Position numbers and translations under genes: made by a program
Shown: piece by piece, positions 1 through 12,616 of the stretch
Layout of the letters: each line of letters starts with the position of its first letter
Position numbering within the stretch: the stretch's first letter is position 1
Assembly (NCBI GenBank): GCA_031416075.1
Contig: JANOSY010000017.1
Span: forward strand, 32,001-96,000
Reading direction: 5' to 3'
From: Candidatus Tenderia sp.
Lineage (GTDB): Bacteria; Pseudomonadota; Gammaproteobacteria; Tenderiales; Tenderiaceae
Length of the DNA: 64,000 nt
The notes under the pieces: generated by a model
The model's input: the letters and a program-made list of their open reading frames with translations, nothing else
Told to the model about the DNA's origin: nothing
Database searches by the model: none

Positions 1-286
1 ATTTATCCCCCATTAATGCATTTATCACCTTACGCAGCGCCACTGCATATAAGTCCAATAAAAACATTCATCAAGGACGCACGCTTTATGCCAAATATGT
101 CAGAAATATTTATTCTATTTTTTTCAGATAGATACCTAATCCCATATTTTTACAGTTTATTCTCCATGTAAAAGCAGCCGACATAAACATTAACAATCAT
201 CATGTAATTTAAAAACATGGCGAGTACGAAATGCTTGGTAAAAAAGGGGGTAATAAAAACCCCCCACAACCCCCGCAAGACAGTGG

Positions 287-715
287 TCACCCAGATAGAT
301 ATGCGCGCACCAATTGCCATCGACCATTCAACGATTCAAAAACAAGCTCACCCACCCTAAAACCGCCACCCTCCTTAACCATCTGCCCCTCAAGGGCAGC
401 GGTTTTTATAACAAGCTCGCGCTGAGTGTAGGTTATCAACTGATCACCTTCGTAACTCGCAAGTGGCTGATTTAATACATCCTTCATTACCGTCTCAAAT
501 TGCTCGCCATTCACCTCCTGAACCGGAACGCCATCAACAGCACCGTGCAGGGCCAGAGGCAATTTTGAAAGATTCTGCAATGCCACGAAGTCAGACGCCA
601 TCACCGCCGCCCTGAACTCATGCCAAAACTGTTGCGGCGTATTTTGTGGTTCTTTGGCAGAACAGGCCATAATAAAAAACAGTAAAACAACGATTAAAAA
701 ACGGCTTTTAAAAAC
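287..715 (-). CDS. Putative lipoprotein; start codon uncertain (track ATG at 670 lies inside the apparent signal peptide)
   Basis: The frame stays open upstream of 670 as VFKSRFLIVVLLFFIMAC (basic N-region, hydrophobic core, lipobox-like Cys). A GAGGGG RBS-like site lies 6 nt before the GTT at 713-715. Confidence 0.55.
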   Translation of the reverse strand, partial: VFKSRFLIVVLLFFIMACSAKEPQNTPQQFWHEFRAAVMASDFVALQNLSKLPLALHGAVDGVPVQEVNGEQFETVMKDVLNQPLASYEGDQLITYTQRELVIKTAALEGQMVKEGGGFRVGELVFESLNGRWQLVRAYLSG

Positions 716-1277
716 GTATCACCCCTCAACTTTTTGCGTGGCCGATCTCAATCCACCCAGCCATCCAAAAAAACAGGCCCACCACACAACTGTTGACGCA
801 TCGGCACATCCAGGCAGCATCACTCAGGCCATCGATAACCGCGCAGGCTCCACGATGTTTTAGGGAAAAAAGTCACTGCACCTTATCCCCCTGATTGCCA
901 CCCAGCAACAGGTAATGTGTGGCCGTCTCCTGAACTAAAAATTCAACATGATTGCCGGAGGCTGAGCACCATGACTACCCATCTTCAACCTATTGTTCAT
1001 TTAAGTAGACTCCACAAGGAATAGGGGCAGAGACATTCAAAAAGATCGTACACATTCAGTCTATATGCGCCGCTTCGTATTGCAAGCAAGGGGTAATATT
1101 CACACTTCACCACCAGCGACATCACCCACACAGGTAATGTTTTAACTGTCTGGTGGGAATAGCATCGGTACGTGCATACGTCACCATCAAGGGGGCGATT
1201 TCCGATTGACACCCAGCAGGCTTCAAAGTAGCCTCCTGAATCTATCTTTAAATCTCTCAAGAATGGAATCACGAAAG

Positions 1278-1748
1278 ATGACAATCACACGCAAGGAGTT
1301 AGGCGGGTTCAGCAGTGTCGCCTGTTTGAAATCGATGATTACCGGCATCGAAGATGCACTCGGAGAAAAGGCAACCGCCATCGCCCTGATCTCGGCCGGA
1401 CGTGCGCGTGGACGCCAGCTGGCAACACGGCTGAACTTAACCGCCGCCAACTATGATCTGGAGACCCTGACACAGAAGGTAGCCGAGGCCCTTGGCAAAG
1501 ATGGCACACGCCTGCTACTGCTGCACAAAGTGGTCTGTGAAGGTGATCTGTTTAAAGTCTACACCTCAGAGACCGTCTGCTCTGCCGGAGAGCCAGAAGG
1601 CTCTCCTCGACGCTGCACATTTACCCTCGGTGCAGTGCAAGGCGTGCTTGAGACCGTGACTGGCCGACGCTTGCGCGGCATTCAGATAGAGTCCGTCCTA
1701 CGCGGCGGCGAGTTTGATGTGTTTGAGTATGGCCCGGTACTGCGGTAG
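1278..1748 (+). CDS. V4R-domain (hydrocarbon-binding-like) protein
   Basis: ETVCSAGE...CTFTLGAVQG...ESVLRGG motifs resemble standalone V4R proteins; ATG 1278 chosen as start. Confidence 0.7.
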   Translation: MTITRKELGGFSSVACLKSMITGIEDALGEKATAIALISAGRARGRQLATRLNLTAANYDLETLTQKVAEALGKDGTRLLLLHKVVCEGDLFKVYTSETVCSAGEPEGSPRRCTFTLGAVQGVLETVTGRRLRGIQIESVLRGGEFDVFEYGPVLR

Positions 1749-1859
1749 CCCATCGGCTGAATTCATAATCAGAGTCATGAGTTAATTACCTCTGTTTGGA
1801 TTGCCCACGAGACGCGCTTATTCTGGTCACGTGGGAGCAAATACCGTGCCTAACCTACA

Positions 1860-2450
1860 TCACATCCGCGCCATCTGCCGATCCTGCAGCCGCGCCATCA
1901 CCACCACTGCCATCATCGCCCCCAGCAACGCCATGCCCATATCCGACTGGGTATCCCACACATACCCCTGGGTGCCAAGAAAGGCTTCGGCTGAGCCGCC
2001 TGAAGCAACCGCTACCCACCACTCGATCAGCTCATAAAAAGCGCTGAAGGCGAGGCTGAAACAGACGACAAAAAAATTACTCCAGTGTCGGCCATTCACC
2101 ACACCATGACGAATAATTATCTCGCGGGCGACAAGTGCGGGCACAAAACCTTGGGCGAAGTGGCCAAGCTTGTCGAAGTTGTTGCGGTCGGAGTGCAGCA
2201 ACGCTTTGATCCAGTCAAAGAGAGGTACTTCGGCGTAGGTATAGTGGCCACCGACCATAAGGATGATGCAGTGGACCAGGATCAACCAGTAGACCAGTGG
2301 TGTGAACTGAAACTGTTTACGAGTAGCAAACAGCAACACCACCGCCAGCAGCGCTGGCATCACCTCCAGCCACCAAGTGAAATAGTCCTTGGGGCCGATG
2401 GCTGACCAGACCAAAACAACACCATAAATAGCCAGCCATAACGGCGTCAT
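1860..2450 (-). CDS. DUF2238 (YjdF-like) inner membrane protein
   Basis: TWWLE, GGHYTYAEVP, RNNFDKLGHFAQGF, YELIEW and FLGTQGYVWDTQSDM motifs; ATGA overlap with the tcdA stop. Confidence 0.85.
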   Translation of the reverse strand: MTPLWLAIYGVVLVWSAIGPKDYFTWWLEVMPALLAVVLLFATRKQFQFTPLVYWLILVHCIILMVGGHYTYAEVPLFDWIKALLHSDRNNFDKLGHFAQGFVPALVAREIIIRHGVVNGRHWSNFFVVCFSLAFSAFYELIEWWVAVASGGSAEAFLGTQGYVWDTQSDMGMALLGAMMAVVVMARLQDRQMARM

Positions 2451-3238
2451 GATACAAGGCGCTTCTTCAATGTTTTGTTGATGGCACGCGAGGCGGCCAT
2501 GAAACCAAAACTGGCGGTGACAAAGGTGGCGGAGCCGTAACCAAAACGGCAATCGAGGGAGACACCGTGAATGCCGGGTTTTTCGTGGCTGACCGTCCCA
2601 TCTTCCTTGGGGTAGACCTGCTGCTGGCTGGAGAAGACACACTCAACGCCGAAGTTGCGTTTGGCGTTACGGGTGAAGTTAAAGTCACTGCGCAGCCGTG
2701 AACGCACCTTGGCGGCAAGTGGGTCATTAAAGGTCTTGCTCAGATCAGCCACCTGAATCAGGGTCGGGTCGGTCAAGCCGCCCGCGCCGCCCGTGGCGAT
2801 GATCGGCACCTTGTTACGTTTACACCAGGCGATCATGGTCGATTTGAACTGGATGCTGTCGAGGGCATCGATGACATAGTCATAACCGCCCTCCAGATGG
2901 CCCACCATATTCTCCATATTGAGGTATTGGTGGATGGCATTCACCTGACAATCGGGATTGATCTGCCGCACCCGCTCTGCCATGACCGCTACTTTGGGTT
3001 GGTCAAAGGTGCTGGTGAGGGTATGGAGCTGACGGTTGCTGTTGCCAACATCCACCGTATCACCATCTATAAAAGTCAGTTTACCAACCCCGGTTCGCGC
3101 CAGCGCCTCTACCGCCCAGGAGCCAACACCCCCCACCCCAGCCACAAAGATATGCATCTCCCGCACAATCTGCTGGGCTGCCGAACCATAAAGGCGCTGT
3201 ATGCCACCAAAGCGCACATCGTAATCTGTCGAACTCAT
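2447..3238 (-). CDS. tcdA: tRNA cyclic N6-threonylcarbamoyladenosine dehydratase (ThiF family)
   Basis: RFGGIQRLYG, GVGGVGSWAVEALARTG, NSNRQLH, DPLAAKVR and CVFS motifs. Confidence 0.92.
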   Translation of the reverse strand: MSSTDYDVRFGGIQRLYGSAAQQIVREMHIFVAGVGGVGSWAVEALARTGVGKLTFIDGDTVDVGNSNRQLHTLTSTFDQPKVAVMAERVRQINPDCQVNAIHQYLNMENMVGHLEGGYDYVIDALDSIQFKSTMIAWCKRNKVPIIATGGAGGLTDPTLIQVADLSKTFNDPLAAKVRSRLRSDFNFTRNAKRNFGVECVFSSQQQVYPKEDGTVSHEKPGIHGVSLDCRFGYGSATFVTASFGFMAASRAINKTLKKRLVS

Positions 3239-3453
3239 TGAAAAAACCCATCATAAAGTCACTATAAAATGCCGATGATGTTAGCACGGCCCCTTTTACC
3301 AACCCGATCTTTGGTCTAAGTCTAAAAAAATAGGAGACAAACTCAAAATAATCGTTATTATTCGCTCTGACCGCCCTGGAGCAGAGCAGCACAAAAAGCC
3401 CTGCACTACTTACTGTGCACGACCAACCAACCTTACAGTGAGGACCGATACGC

Positions 3454-3843
3454 ATGACCCAAGAAGAACTCTGGTACGGCTTTCTTGAAGCCGGCGACAG
3501 AAGCAGCCCCGTTGCCCGTGACCCAAAACTGACAACCGGCAATGCCGACACCACCTATATATACAACCTTCAGCGCAACGCAATTATCGAGTATAAACGT
3601 GCCATTGCCGAACCCAAGCTGCGTCCACTCAAGGCCAATGAGGCAGAGGCCCTGAAGGAGCTAACCGCCGCCTTTGCCATCGCTTTGAAAGATTTTACCC
3701 CACGTCGTTCTCGCCCGGTTGCCGATGCAGTGCCCATTACCGTGATTGGTAAGAAAAAGGGCAAAGCGGTTGTGGATGAAGATGATTCCAACGATGATAC
3801 CGACGACTTTGACGATAACGTCGCCGACAGCGATGACGATTAA
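3454..3843 (+). CDS. Hypothetical protein with acidic C-terminal tail
   Basis: 129-aa ORF with a GAGG RBS, filling the gap between tcdA and thiC and followed by a terminator. Confidence 0.7.
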   Translation: MTQEELWYGFLEAGDRSSPVARDPKLTTGNADTTYIYNLQRNAIIEYKRAIAEPKLRPLKANEAEALKELTAAFAIALKDFTPRRSRPVADAVPITVIGKKKGKAVVDEDDSNDDTDDFDDNVADSDDD

Positions 3844-3870
3844 CTAGCCCCCCTGCTCAAACAACCGTCC

Positions 3871-3906
3871 AAACAGAAAAGCCCGCGTTAGCGGGCTTTT
3901 CTGTTT
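3871..3906. terminator. Bidirectional intrinsic terminator
   Basis: aaacagaaaagcccgc-gtta-gcgggcttttctgttt, a perfect inverted repeat between convergent genes. Confidence 0.9.
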
Positions 3907-3920
3907 CTACTACACAGAGA

Positions 3921-5987
<2,067 letters not shown>

Positions 5988-6147
5988 CACAAGGTATCTC
6001 AGCAAACCCTTTTTTGCAAGTTTGCCAAGACTGCCACGCCGTTTTATTGGCCATCGGCCAACACCGCGGCTTGCCTCAAAACGGCAAAGCGCTTAATCTC
6101 CACGGTTCTGCAAATGATAACCGCGTGGTATGGGGAGAGAATTGAGA

Positions 6148-6804
6148 ATGCTGAACATCGAACAGGCCCGCTTCAACATGATTGAGCAACAGATCCGTCC
6201 TTGGGATGTACTGGACCCCAAAATACTCAATCTGATGACCGACATCCCCCGCGAGGCCTTTGTTCCTGCCGGATATGAAGGGCTGGCCTATGCCGATACC
6301 GAAATCCCACTCGGCCAGGGCGAGGTGATGCTCTCCCCCAAGGTGGTGGGGCGCATGTTGCAAGCCGCCAATATTGATCCACTCGACATCGCCCTGGAAG
6401 TAGGCACCGGCAGCGGCTACCTAACCGCCCTGCTGGCTCACGGCTGCCGCCAGGTGTTCAGTGTTGATATCAACGGCAAGATCAGCGCCCAGGCACAAAA
6501 AAACCTGACCGCCCAAGGGATTAACAACGTCACCCTGGAGGTCGGCGACGCCGCGCAGGGGTGGGACAAGTCCAAACCTTACGATGTCATCATCATTACA
6601 GGCTCCCTCACCACACTGCCAGACGCATTCCAAAAAAGTCTGAATCGGGGTGGTCGTCTGGTCGCCATTGTTGGTGTAGCGCCGGTCATGGAAGCCATTC
6701 TGGTGACACGTACCAGTGACAACGAATGGAGCCGTGAGTCACTGTTTGAGACCAGCATTCCTGCTCTGATCAATGCCACACAACGACAACGGTTTACTTT
6801 TTAG
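6148..6804 (+). CDS. Protein-L-isoaspartate O-methyltransferase (Pcm-like)
   Basis: ARFNMIEQQIRPW, PREAFVP and LEVGTGSGY SAM-binding motif; alternative start at 6130. Confidence 0.9.
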   Translation: MLNIEQARFNMIEQQIRPWDVLDPKILNLMTDIPREAFVPAGYEGLAYADTEIPLGQGEVMLSPKVVGRMLQAANIDPLDIALEVGTGSGYLTALLAHGCRQVFSVDINGKISAQAQKNLTAQGINNVTLEVGDAAQGWDKSKPYDVIIITGSLTTLPDAFQKSLNRGGRLVAIVGVAPVMEAILVTRTSDNEWSRESLFETSIPALINATQRQRFTF

Positions 6805-6858
6805 GGCTAAACACATAAATTAGAAAATACTTATATTAACTCTACCAGGAAGGTTCAT

Positions 6859-7179
6859 GTGCGCCAACTCACCCCCGCCCAACTGATACAGCATCTGCAA
6901 ACAGCCACTGTTAAACCGGTATTACTGGATGTGCGCGAACCCTCAGAGTTTGCATTTTGCGCCATCGAAGGGGCCATCAACATGCCTCTCGCCCACATCC
7001 CGGATTCAGCCAATAAACTGGATCCGGAACAGGAGTATGTATTGATCTGCCACCATGGTGTACGCAGCCAGCGCGCCGGGGCCTTTCTGGCAGCGCAGGG
7101 CTTTGAAAAGCTGATCAATCTCGTCGGTGGTATTGAAGCGTGGGCCTGTGACATCGCCCCGGACATGCCACGTTATTAA
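6859..7179 (+). CDS. Rhodanese-like domain protein
   Basis: LLDVRE, CHHGVRS and NLVGGIEAW motifs. Confidence 0.9.
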   Translation: MRQLTPAQLIQHLQTATVKPVLLDVREPSEFAFCAIEGAINMPLAHIPDSANKLDPEQEYVLICHHGVRSQRAGAFLAAQGFEKLINLVGGIEAWACDIAPDMPRY

Positions 7180-7201
7180 ACCCGACACAGGACTGGATGT
7201 C

Positions 7202-8536
7202 ATGAAAACGTTATCTCGCCTGATCACTGCGTTGCTGCTGCCTGCGGCACTGACCGCCTATTCACCTGCTGGCCAGAGTGAAGATCTTGTTCAGATCTAC
7301 CAGCTCGCCCTCGATAGCGACCCGCTGCTGGGGGCGCAACAGTCCGCCGTTGAGGGCAGCAGCTATCAGCGCCGCCAGAGCTACGCCGCCTATCGCCCCA
7401 ACATCAGCTTTGGCATCAACTACAACGACACCCGACAAAACTCCACTGCCAGCGCCACCAGTTTTCTCAGAGAGAATGACAATACCACCCTGACCTATAA
7501 CCTGACCCTGCGTCAGGCGCTCTACCGTAAAGATCTGCTCAGCGGCATTGATCAGGCCCGTGCCAGTGAGCGTAAGACCAACGCCGAGCTGCAAAGCGGC
7601 TATCAAACACTGATAGTACGTGTATCTGAAGCCTACTTTAACGTATTGGCAGCCCAGGATAGTTTTGAATTTGCACAAGCGGAAAAAAACGCTATTGAAC
7701 GTCAGCTGCAGCAGAGCAAGCAACGTTTTGAGGTCGGACTGATTGCCATCACCGATGTCCATGAGGCCCAGGCGGCCTTTGATCTGGCCGTTGCCAGCGA
7801 AATCAGCGCCCAGAATCTGGTGGCCGTTAACCGCCAGGCGCTGCGTCAACTGACGGGCCAGCTGCCGCAAAAGCTGCAACCGCTGGGTGTCAACATCACC
7901 CTCGCTGAGCCTGATCCCGCCAGTGAAGAACAGTGGCTGGAGAACGCCCTGTTGCACAACCGCGATATTCTAGCGGCCCAGGCAACACTTGAGGTCGCCA
8001 ATGAATCGGTCAATATCAGCCGCGCTGGCCACCAGCCAACACTCGACTTTGTGGCCAGTCAGAGCCGTTCTGAATATGACGGCAGCTACGGCGATAATAC
8101 CAGCGATACCACAGCCTTTGGTCTGGCCTTTAACCTGCCACTCTACGCCGGGGGAGGCACCTCAGCGGCGGTCAGTGCCAGCCGCGCCCAGCTGAATCAG
8201 GCCCGCCATGGCCTGGAGCAGCAGCGTCGTACGGTCCAACGCGATACCAGCGAGGCCTATCTTGGTGTTCAGGCCAGTATCAGCCGGGTCAAGGCGTTAC
8301 AGCAGGCAGTCACCTCATCCGAGAGTGCGCTCAAGGCGACAGAAGCGGGTTACGGCGTTGGCACCCGCACAACTGTCGATGTGCTGAATTCACGCCGCGA
8401 GCTGTACCGCGCCCAGCGTGACCTGTCCCGCTCCCGTTATGACTACATCCTTGCCAGCCTGCGGCTGCAACGGGCCACGGGGATGCTGGATGCGGAGGAT
8501 CTGCAGCAGATCAATGGCTGGTTGGTTGCCAAGTAG
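7202..8536 (+). CDS. tolC: TolC family outer membrane channel
   Basis: Signal peptide; RFEVGLIAITDVHEA, GYGVGTRTTVDVL and RYDYIL motifs; conserved pcm-rhodanese-tolC order. Confidence 0.9.
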   Translation: MKTLSRLITALLLPAALTAYSPAGQSEDLVQIYQLALDSDPLLGAQQSAVEGSSYQRRQSYAAYRPNISFGINYNDTRQNSTASATSFLRENDNTTLTYNLTLRQALYRKDLLSGIDQARASERKTNAELQSGYQTLIVRVSEAYFNVLAAQDSFEFAQAEKNAIERQLQQSKQRFEVGLIAITDVHEAQAAFDLAVASEISAQNLVAVNRQALRQLTGQLPQKLQPLGVNITLAEPDPASEEQWLENALLHNRDILAAQATLEVANESVNISRAGHQPTLDFVASQSRSEYDGSYGDNTSDTTAFGLAFNLPLYAGGGTSAAVSASRAQLNQARHGLEQQRRTVQRDTSEAYLGVQASISRVKALQQAVTSSESALKATEAGYGVGTRTTVDVLNSRRELYRAQRDLSRSRYDYILASLRLQRATGMLDAEDLQQINGWLVAK

Positions 8537-8558
8537 TGTGCCCAAAACGCTTCGCGGG

Positions 8559-8643
8559 GCAGGCTCTGTGCACCGCGCACCAGCCGCTCTTCGAGAACCT
8601 CTGTAAATCATCCATGACCAATGGTGCGCAGTGCGCACCCTAC
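8559..8643. repeat. REP-like inverted pair (GTAG class)
   Basis: ggtgcgcagtgcgcaccctac at 8623-8643, with a degenerate inverted partner gtgcaccgcgcacc near 8568-8581; intergenic. Confidence 0.5.
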
Positions 8644-8661
8644 ATCTGAATCCTGTATCCA

Positions 8662-9603
8662 TTGAGCAATAACACCCCCTCTTTCAACGCAGCCGATTAC
8701 CTTACACCGCGCTACTGGCCACTCTGGCTCTGGTTCGGCCTGCTGCGACTGAGCTGCTATCTCCCCTATCGTGCCATCCTCACGCTTGGCAAGACCGTCG
8801 GCTGGCTGATCTACCACCTTGTGCCACGCCGTCGTCACATCGCCGAGATCAATATCAAACGCTGTTTTCCCACGCTGTCAAACAGCGAACAGCAGTGTCT
8901 GGTGCGGGAGAGTTTTTACGCCTCGGGCATCTCAATTTTTGAGATCGCCTGGAGTTGGTGGGGGCCGCGCCATAAACTGGAACCGCTCTGTCACATCGAC
9001 GGCCTTGAACATCTACACACAGCACAACAGCGTGACGCGGGAGTGCTGCTTTTCAGCGCCCATTTCACCTGTCTGGAGATTGGCGGTCGTTTGCTGGCAC
9101 TGCATGCACCGTTTCATGTGATGTACAAACCGCACCGTAACCCACTGTTTGAGGCGGTAATGCGGCGTGGCCGTGAAGCTCAGTTTGCAAGCGCCATCAA
9201 CCGCAATGAGATTCGCCAACTCATCAAAACCTTAAAACAGGGCCATACCTGCTGGTACGCACTGGATCAGGACTTTGGCCAGAACAATGCCGTCTTTGCC
9301 CCCTTTTTTGGTAACCCCGCCGCCACCCTTACCGCTACCTCACGCATCGCCAAGATGACCGGCTGTGGCGTCATCCCCTTTTTCTGCCGTCGTCGCGAAG
9401 ATGGCAGCGGTTACCAGCTGACCCTGCTACCGGCACTTGAGCAGTTCCCCTCCGGGGATGATCTGGCCGATACCACCCTGACCAATAGCTTGATAGAGGC
9501 GGAGATTCGCAAAGCGCCAGCACAATATCTGTGGATGCACCGCCGCTTTAAGAGCCAGCCCGACGACAAAGATGGCCACGACGGCAGACTCTATGAGCGT
9601 TAA
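8662..9603 (+). CDS. lpxL: Lipid A lauroyl/palmitoleoyl acyltransferase
   Basis: HFTCLE acyltransferase motif, DQDFG, APFFG and QYLWMHRRFK. Confidence 0.88.
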   Translation: MSNNTPSFNAADYLTPRYWPLWLWFGLLRLSCYLPYRAILTLGKTVGWLIYHLVPRRRHIAEINIKRCFPTLSNSEQQCLVRESFYASGISIFEIAWSWWGPRHKLEPLCHIDGLEHLHTAQQRDAGVLLFSAHFTCLEIGGRLLALHAPFHVMYKPHRNPLFEAVMRRGREAQFASAINRNEIRQLIKTLKQGHTCWYALDQDFGQNNAVFAPFFGNPAATLTATSRIAKMTGCGVIPFFCRRREDGSGYQLTLLPALEQFPSGDDLADTTLTNSLIEAEIRKAPAQYLWMHRRFKSQPDDKDGHDGRLYER

Positions 9604-10840
9604 ACCAACCTCACCGCCGTGGCAGTATCGGCTGCTGTTTACCCTGCTCGCACCGTTGCTGTTGCTACATACACTCTGGCAGGCGTGGCAAAGTCGAACC
9701 CTCCGTTTGGCACAGCAACGGTTTGGTATCGGATTACCACAACGCCACGACCGACCGGTCTGGATACACATGGCCTCGGTGGGCGAAGTCAACGCTGCGG
9801 TGCCGCTGATTGAAGAGCTGCAGCAGCGCCACCCGGCACTGCCAATCGTTGTCACCACAGTAACGGCCACTGGCGCGGCCATGGCAAAGAAAAAACTGCC
9901 GGGCATTGAACACTGCTATCTGCCACTCGACTTCGCCTATAGCAGCCGCGCCATCATCCGCACCATTGCCCCCCGCTGCCTAATCATTATGGAGACAGAG
10001 CTATGGCCACAGCTCTATTACCAGTGTGGTCGACGGCAGATACCACTACTGGTCGCCAATGGTCGCCTCTCCCCGCGCACACTCAACCGTCCGCCATGGG
10101 TGCACACCGTTTACCGCCGGGCACTCACCAACGTCACACAGGTTCTGGCCCGTTCAGAAAAAGATGCCCGCCACTTTGTGGCACTGGGGAGCGATTCGCA
10201 ACAGGTAACGGTGATTGGAAACATCAAGTTTGCCACCCCCCATGCCACTGTCACGGAACCCATTACACTACCGCGCCCCTACGTCGTTGCCGCCTCCACC
10301 CACCACGATGAGGAGTTTCAGATCAGCCAGGCCTGGCTGGCCTCGCCACTGAGTGACCACTATCTGTTAGTGATCGTACCGCGCCACCCGGCACGCAAAA
10401 GTGCCATCCTGAAGCAGCTATCCCCCCTTAATGCCGCGGTTGCCATACGCAGCAGTGGTGAGATCGTCACAGACACGACCCAAATCTACCTCGCCGATAC
10501 CTTTGGTGAGCTGCAACAGTTCATCGCAGGGGCGGCGCTGGTCTGCATGGGTGGCTCCCTTATCCCCCGCGGCGGTCAAAATCTGATCGAGGTAGCGCAT
10601 CAAGGCAAAGTGGCGCTGTGTGGACCGCACATGGATAACTTCGCGGATGAGTGCGAGCTGCTACTGAAACACCAAGTGGCCTTTCAGGTGAACAGCCGCC
10701 ACGAACTGATAGAAAAAATTGCAGAACTGCTGAGACAACCGGAGACACTACAGGCACTGGGCCAGCAGGCAAGAGCACTGGTGAACAGACAGGCCGATAT
10801 GGCTGCACGTTATGCCGATGCGCTGAAATCCTACCTCTGA
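9593..10840 (+). CDS. waaA: Kdo transferase
   Basis: WIHMASVGE, ETELWP, NGRLS, GNIKF, PRHP, DTFGEL and GGQNLIE motifs. Confidence 0.93.
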   Translation: MSVKPTSPPWQYRLLFTLLAPLLLLHTLWQAWQSRTLRLAQQRFGIGLPQRHDRPVWIHMASVGEVNAAVPLIEELQQRHPALPIVVTTVTATGAAMAKKKLPGIEHCYLPLDFAYSSRAIIRTIAPRCLIIMETELWPQLYYQCGRRQIPLLVANGRLSPRTLNRPPWVHTVYRRALTNVTQVLARSEKDARHFVALGSDSQQVTVIGNIKFATPHATVTEPITLPRPYVVAASTHHDEEFQISQAWLASPLSDHYLLVIVPRHPARKSAILKQLSPLNAAVAIRSSGEIVTDTTQIYLADTFGELQQFIAGAALVCMGGSLIPRGGQNLIEVAHQGKVALCGPHMDNFADECELLLKHQVAFQVNSRHELIEKIAELLRQPETLQALGQQARALVNRQADMAARYADALKSYL

Positions 10841-11569
10841 TCAGCCGCCATGCCCCAGCAACAACTGGTGCCAGCACGACTCATCAAACCAGAACTGAGG
10901 ACAGCTCTTTTGAAACTTGAGCAGCGAACGCCGCAACCGCTCCAGATTCTCATCCTGCCAGCTGGAGGCCGGGGTACGCTGTTCGCCCTTATCAAAATCG
11001 ATCAGAAAAACCTTGCCCGACGTATCGATTAAAATATTCCGGGCATTCAGGTCGGCATGGTAAAAACCAGCGCGATGGAAACGTTTGATGGTCGCCCCCA
11101 CATCACGCCACTGCTGTTCAGGAAGCGACAGGGCCATTAACAGATCAGCAAAGGGTTCCACCTGGGGCAAACGCTGCGTGACCAGGTCCGCCGTATAAAA
11201 CAGCCCACACCGCACCACCCGTGCAGCCACCGGGCGCGGCACCGGCAATCCCTGCTGATACATCTCGCCCAGCAAAAACCACTCCCGCCAGGGACGTGTC
11301 TGCGCCAGACCCGACCAGCGGTAGTTATCATCACTCAATCTGGCCATCAAACCACCCCGGCGGTAGTGGCGCAACACATACTCGCCACCGCCAAAGGCAA
11401 AAACTGTGGCCGCCCCCCGCCCTTCAGCGGTCATCAACAGCGCCCCTTCCCTGCCCCAACGGTCAGCATCAAAAAAACCATCACCCGGCAGCGGCACCAC
11501 CGCCGCATCATAAAGAAAGTAGCTGTTGGCAAGGCGCGCCTGCTGCGCTTGAAGGGCTATTTTACACAT
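10841..11569 (-). CDS. kdkA: Kdo kinase
   Basis: GRG, LRHYRRGG, HADLNARNIL, IDFDKG and NLERLRRSL motifs. Confidence 0.92.
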   Translation of the reverse strand: MCKIALQAQQARLANSYFLYDAAVVPLPGDGFFDADRWGREGALLMTAEGRGAATVFAFGGGEYVLRHYRRGGLMARLSDDNYRWSGLAQTRPWREWFLLGEMYQQGLPVPRPVAARVVRCGLFYTADLVTQRLPQVEPFADLLMALSLPEQQWRDVGATIKRFHRAGFYHADLNARNILIDTSGKVFLIDFDKGEQRTPASSWQDENLERLRRSLLKFQKSCPQFWFDESCWHQLLLGHGG

Positions 11570-11796
11570 CGATTACACACACAATACTCCAGGATGGCAC
11601 GGACCATGACCTCCAAAAGAACCCAACAACCACATGATTTAAAAAGATTTCACAAAAAACCGTTCGTGCAGAAAACAGATACTCCCGGCAATTATAACTA
11701 GACACTCAGGGGAAAGGTTCATATCATTCCAGCCGCTATCCATCGATAGCACCGCCCTGCCATAACAACAGTTAAAACCTACCGGAACAGCGCTCA

Positions 11797-12591
11797 GTGA
11801 AAAATATTTTTGTACTTTTTGTTAGCCGCATCATAAAGGTATTTGCAAACATTACAAAATTGCTCTGTTATGTATTCCACTTTTTATTTCCAAACAGACG
11901 CTTCACCATTCCCGCACAGTCGGCACCACTATACAAAACAGACAGCAACCCCCGCATCTCAAAAACACTCTGGCAAACCAATTTCACCAACCGTGCCACC
12001 CTACCCGTCTACCTGAACTACCTGTTTAACAGGTTACTCTCACCCACCTTTGAGTACCGTTTTATGATCACGGCAGACAGGGCTGATTTCATCAAAAAGA
12101 ACTACTCCGCCGATATTTTTGACAGCTACTCCAAACTGCAGATTGGTGCCGCACAGGCCGATTTATGGCGTCTGCTAGTGCTGCAAAAACAGGGCGGTGT
12201 CTATATGGATATCGATGCCCATCTGGTCTGGCCCATCAACCGTATCATTAAGCCCGATTACAACGAACTCTACATCACCACAAAAAATGGTGAGATCAGC
12301 AACTACTTTATCGCCAGCCAAAAAGATAACCCTCATTTGGAGGCAATGATCAACCTTGTCCTCAAAAACATTCAGGAAAACAGCATTAAAAATATTTACG
12401 ATCTCACCGGCCCCGGTGTGTTCAACCAGATTCTGGATAAAAATGCAGTACATACCTCCCTCTATCGCCACACCTGCAATCAAGGCAACTTCACCAACGA
12501 ATATTTTCAATATATCGACAAGCCCGAAGGCAAATGGACCAAGGCCCAAAAAACCATCGACGTTATAAAAAAGGGCAACCCCTCCAGCTAA
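11797..12591 (+). CDS. Glycosyltransferase family 32 (OCH1-like, DxD)
   Basis: WQT, AAQADLWR, GGVYMDID and TGPG motifs. Confidence 0.85.
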   Translation: MKNIFVLFVSRIIKVFANITKLLCYVFHFLFPNRRFTIPAQSAPLYKTDSNPRISKTLWQTNFTNRATLPVYLNYLFNRLLSPTFEYRFMITADRADFIKKNYSADIFDSYSKLQIGAAQADLWRLLVLQKQGGVYMDIDAHLVWPINRIIKPDYNELYITTKNGEISNYFIASQKDNPHLEAMINLVLKNIQENSIKNIYDLTGPGVFNQILDKNAVHTSLYRHTCNQGNFTNEYFQYIDKPEGKWTKAQKTIDVIKKGNPSS

Positions 12592-12616
12592 GCAGGACCA
12601 TCACACACCAGCCACC

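Noticed and set aside
1-286. Possible partial gene at the window start
   Set aside because: AT-rich with only very short ORFs; no supportable call.
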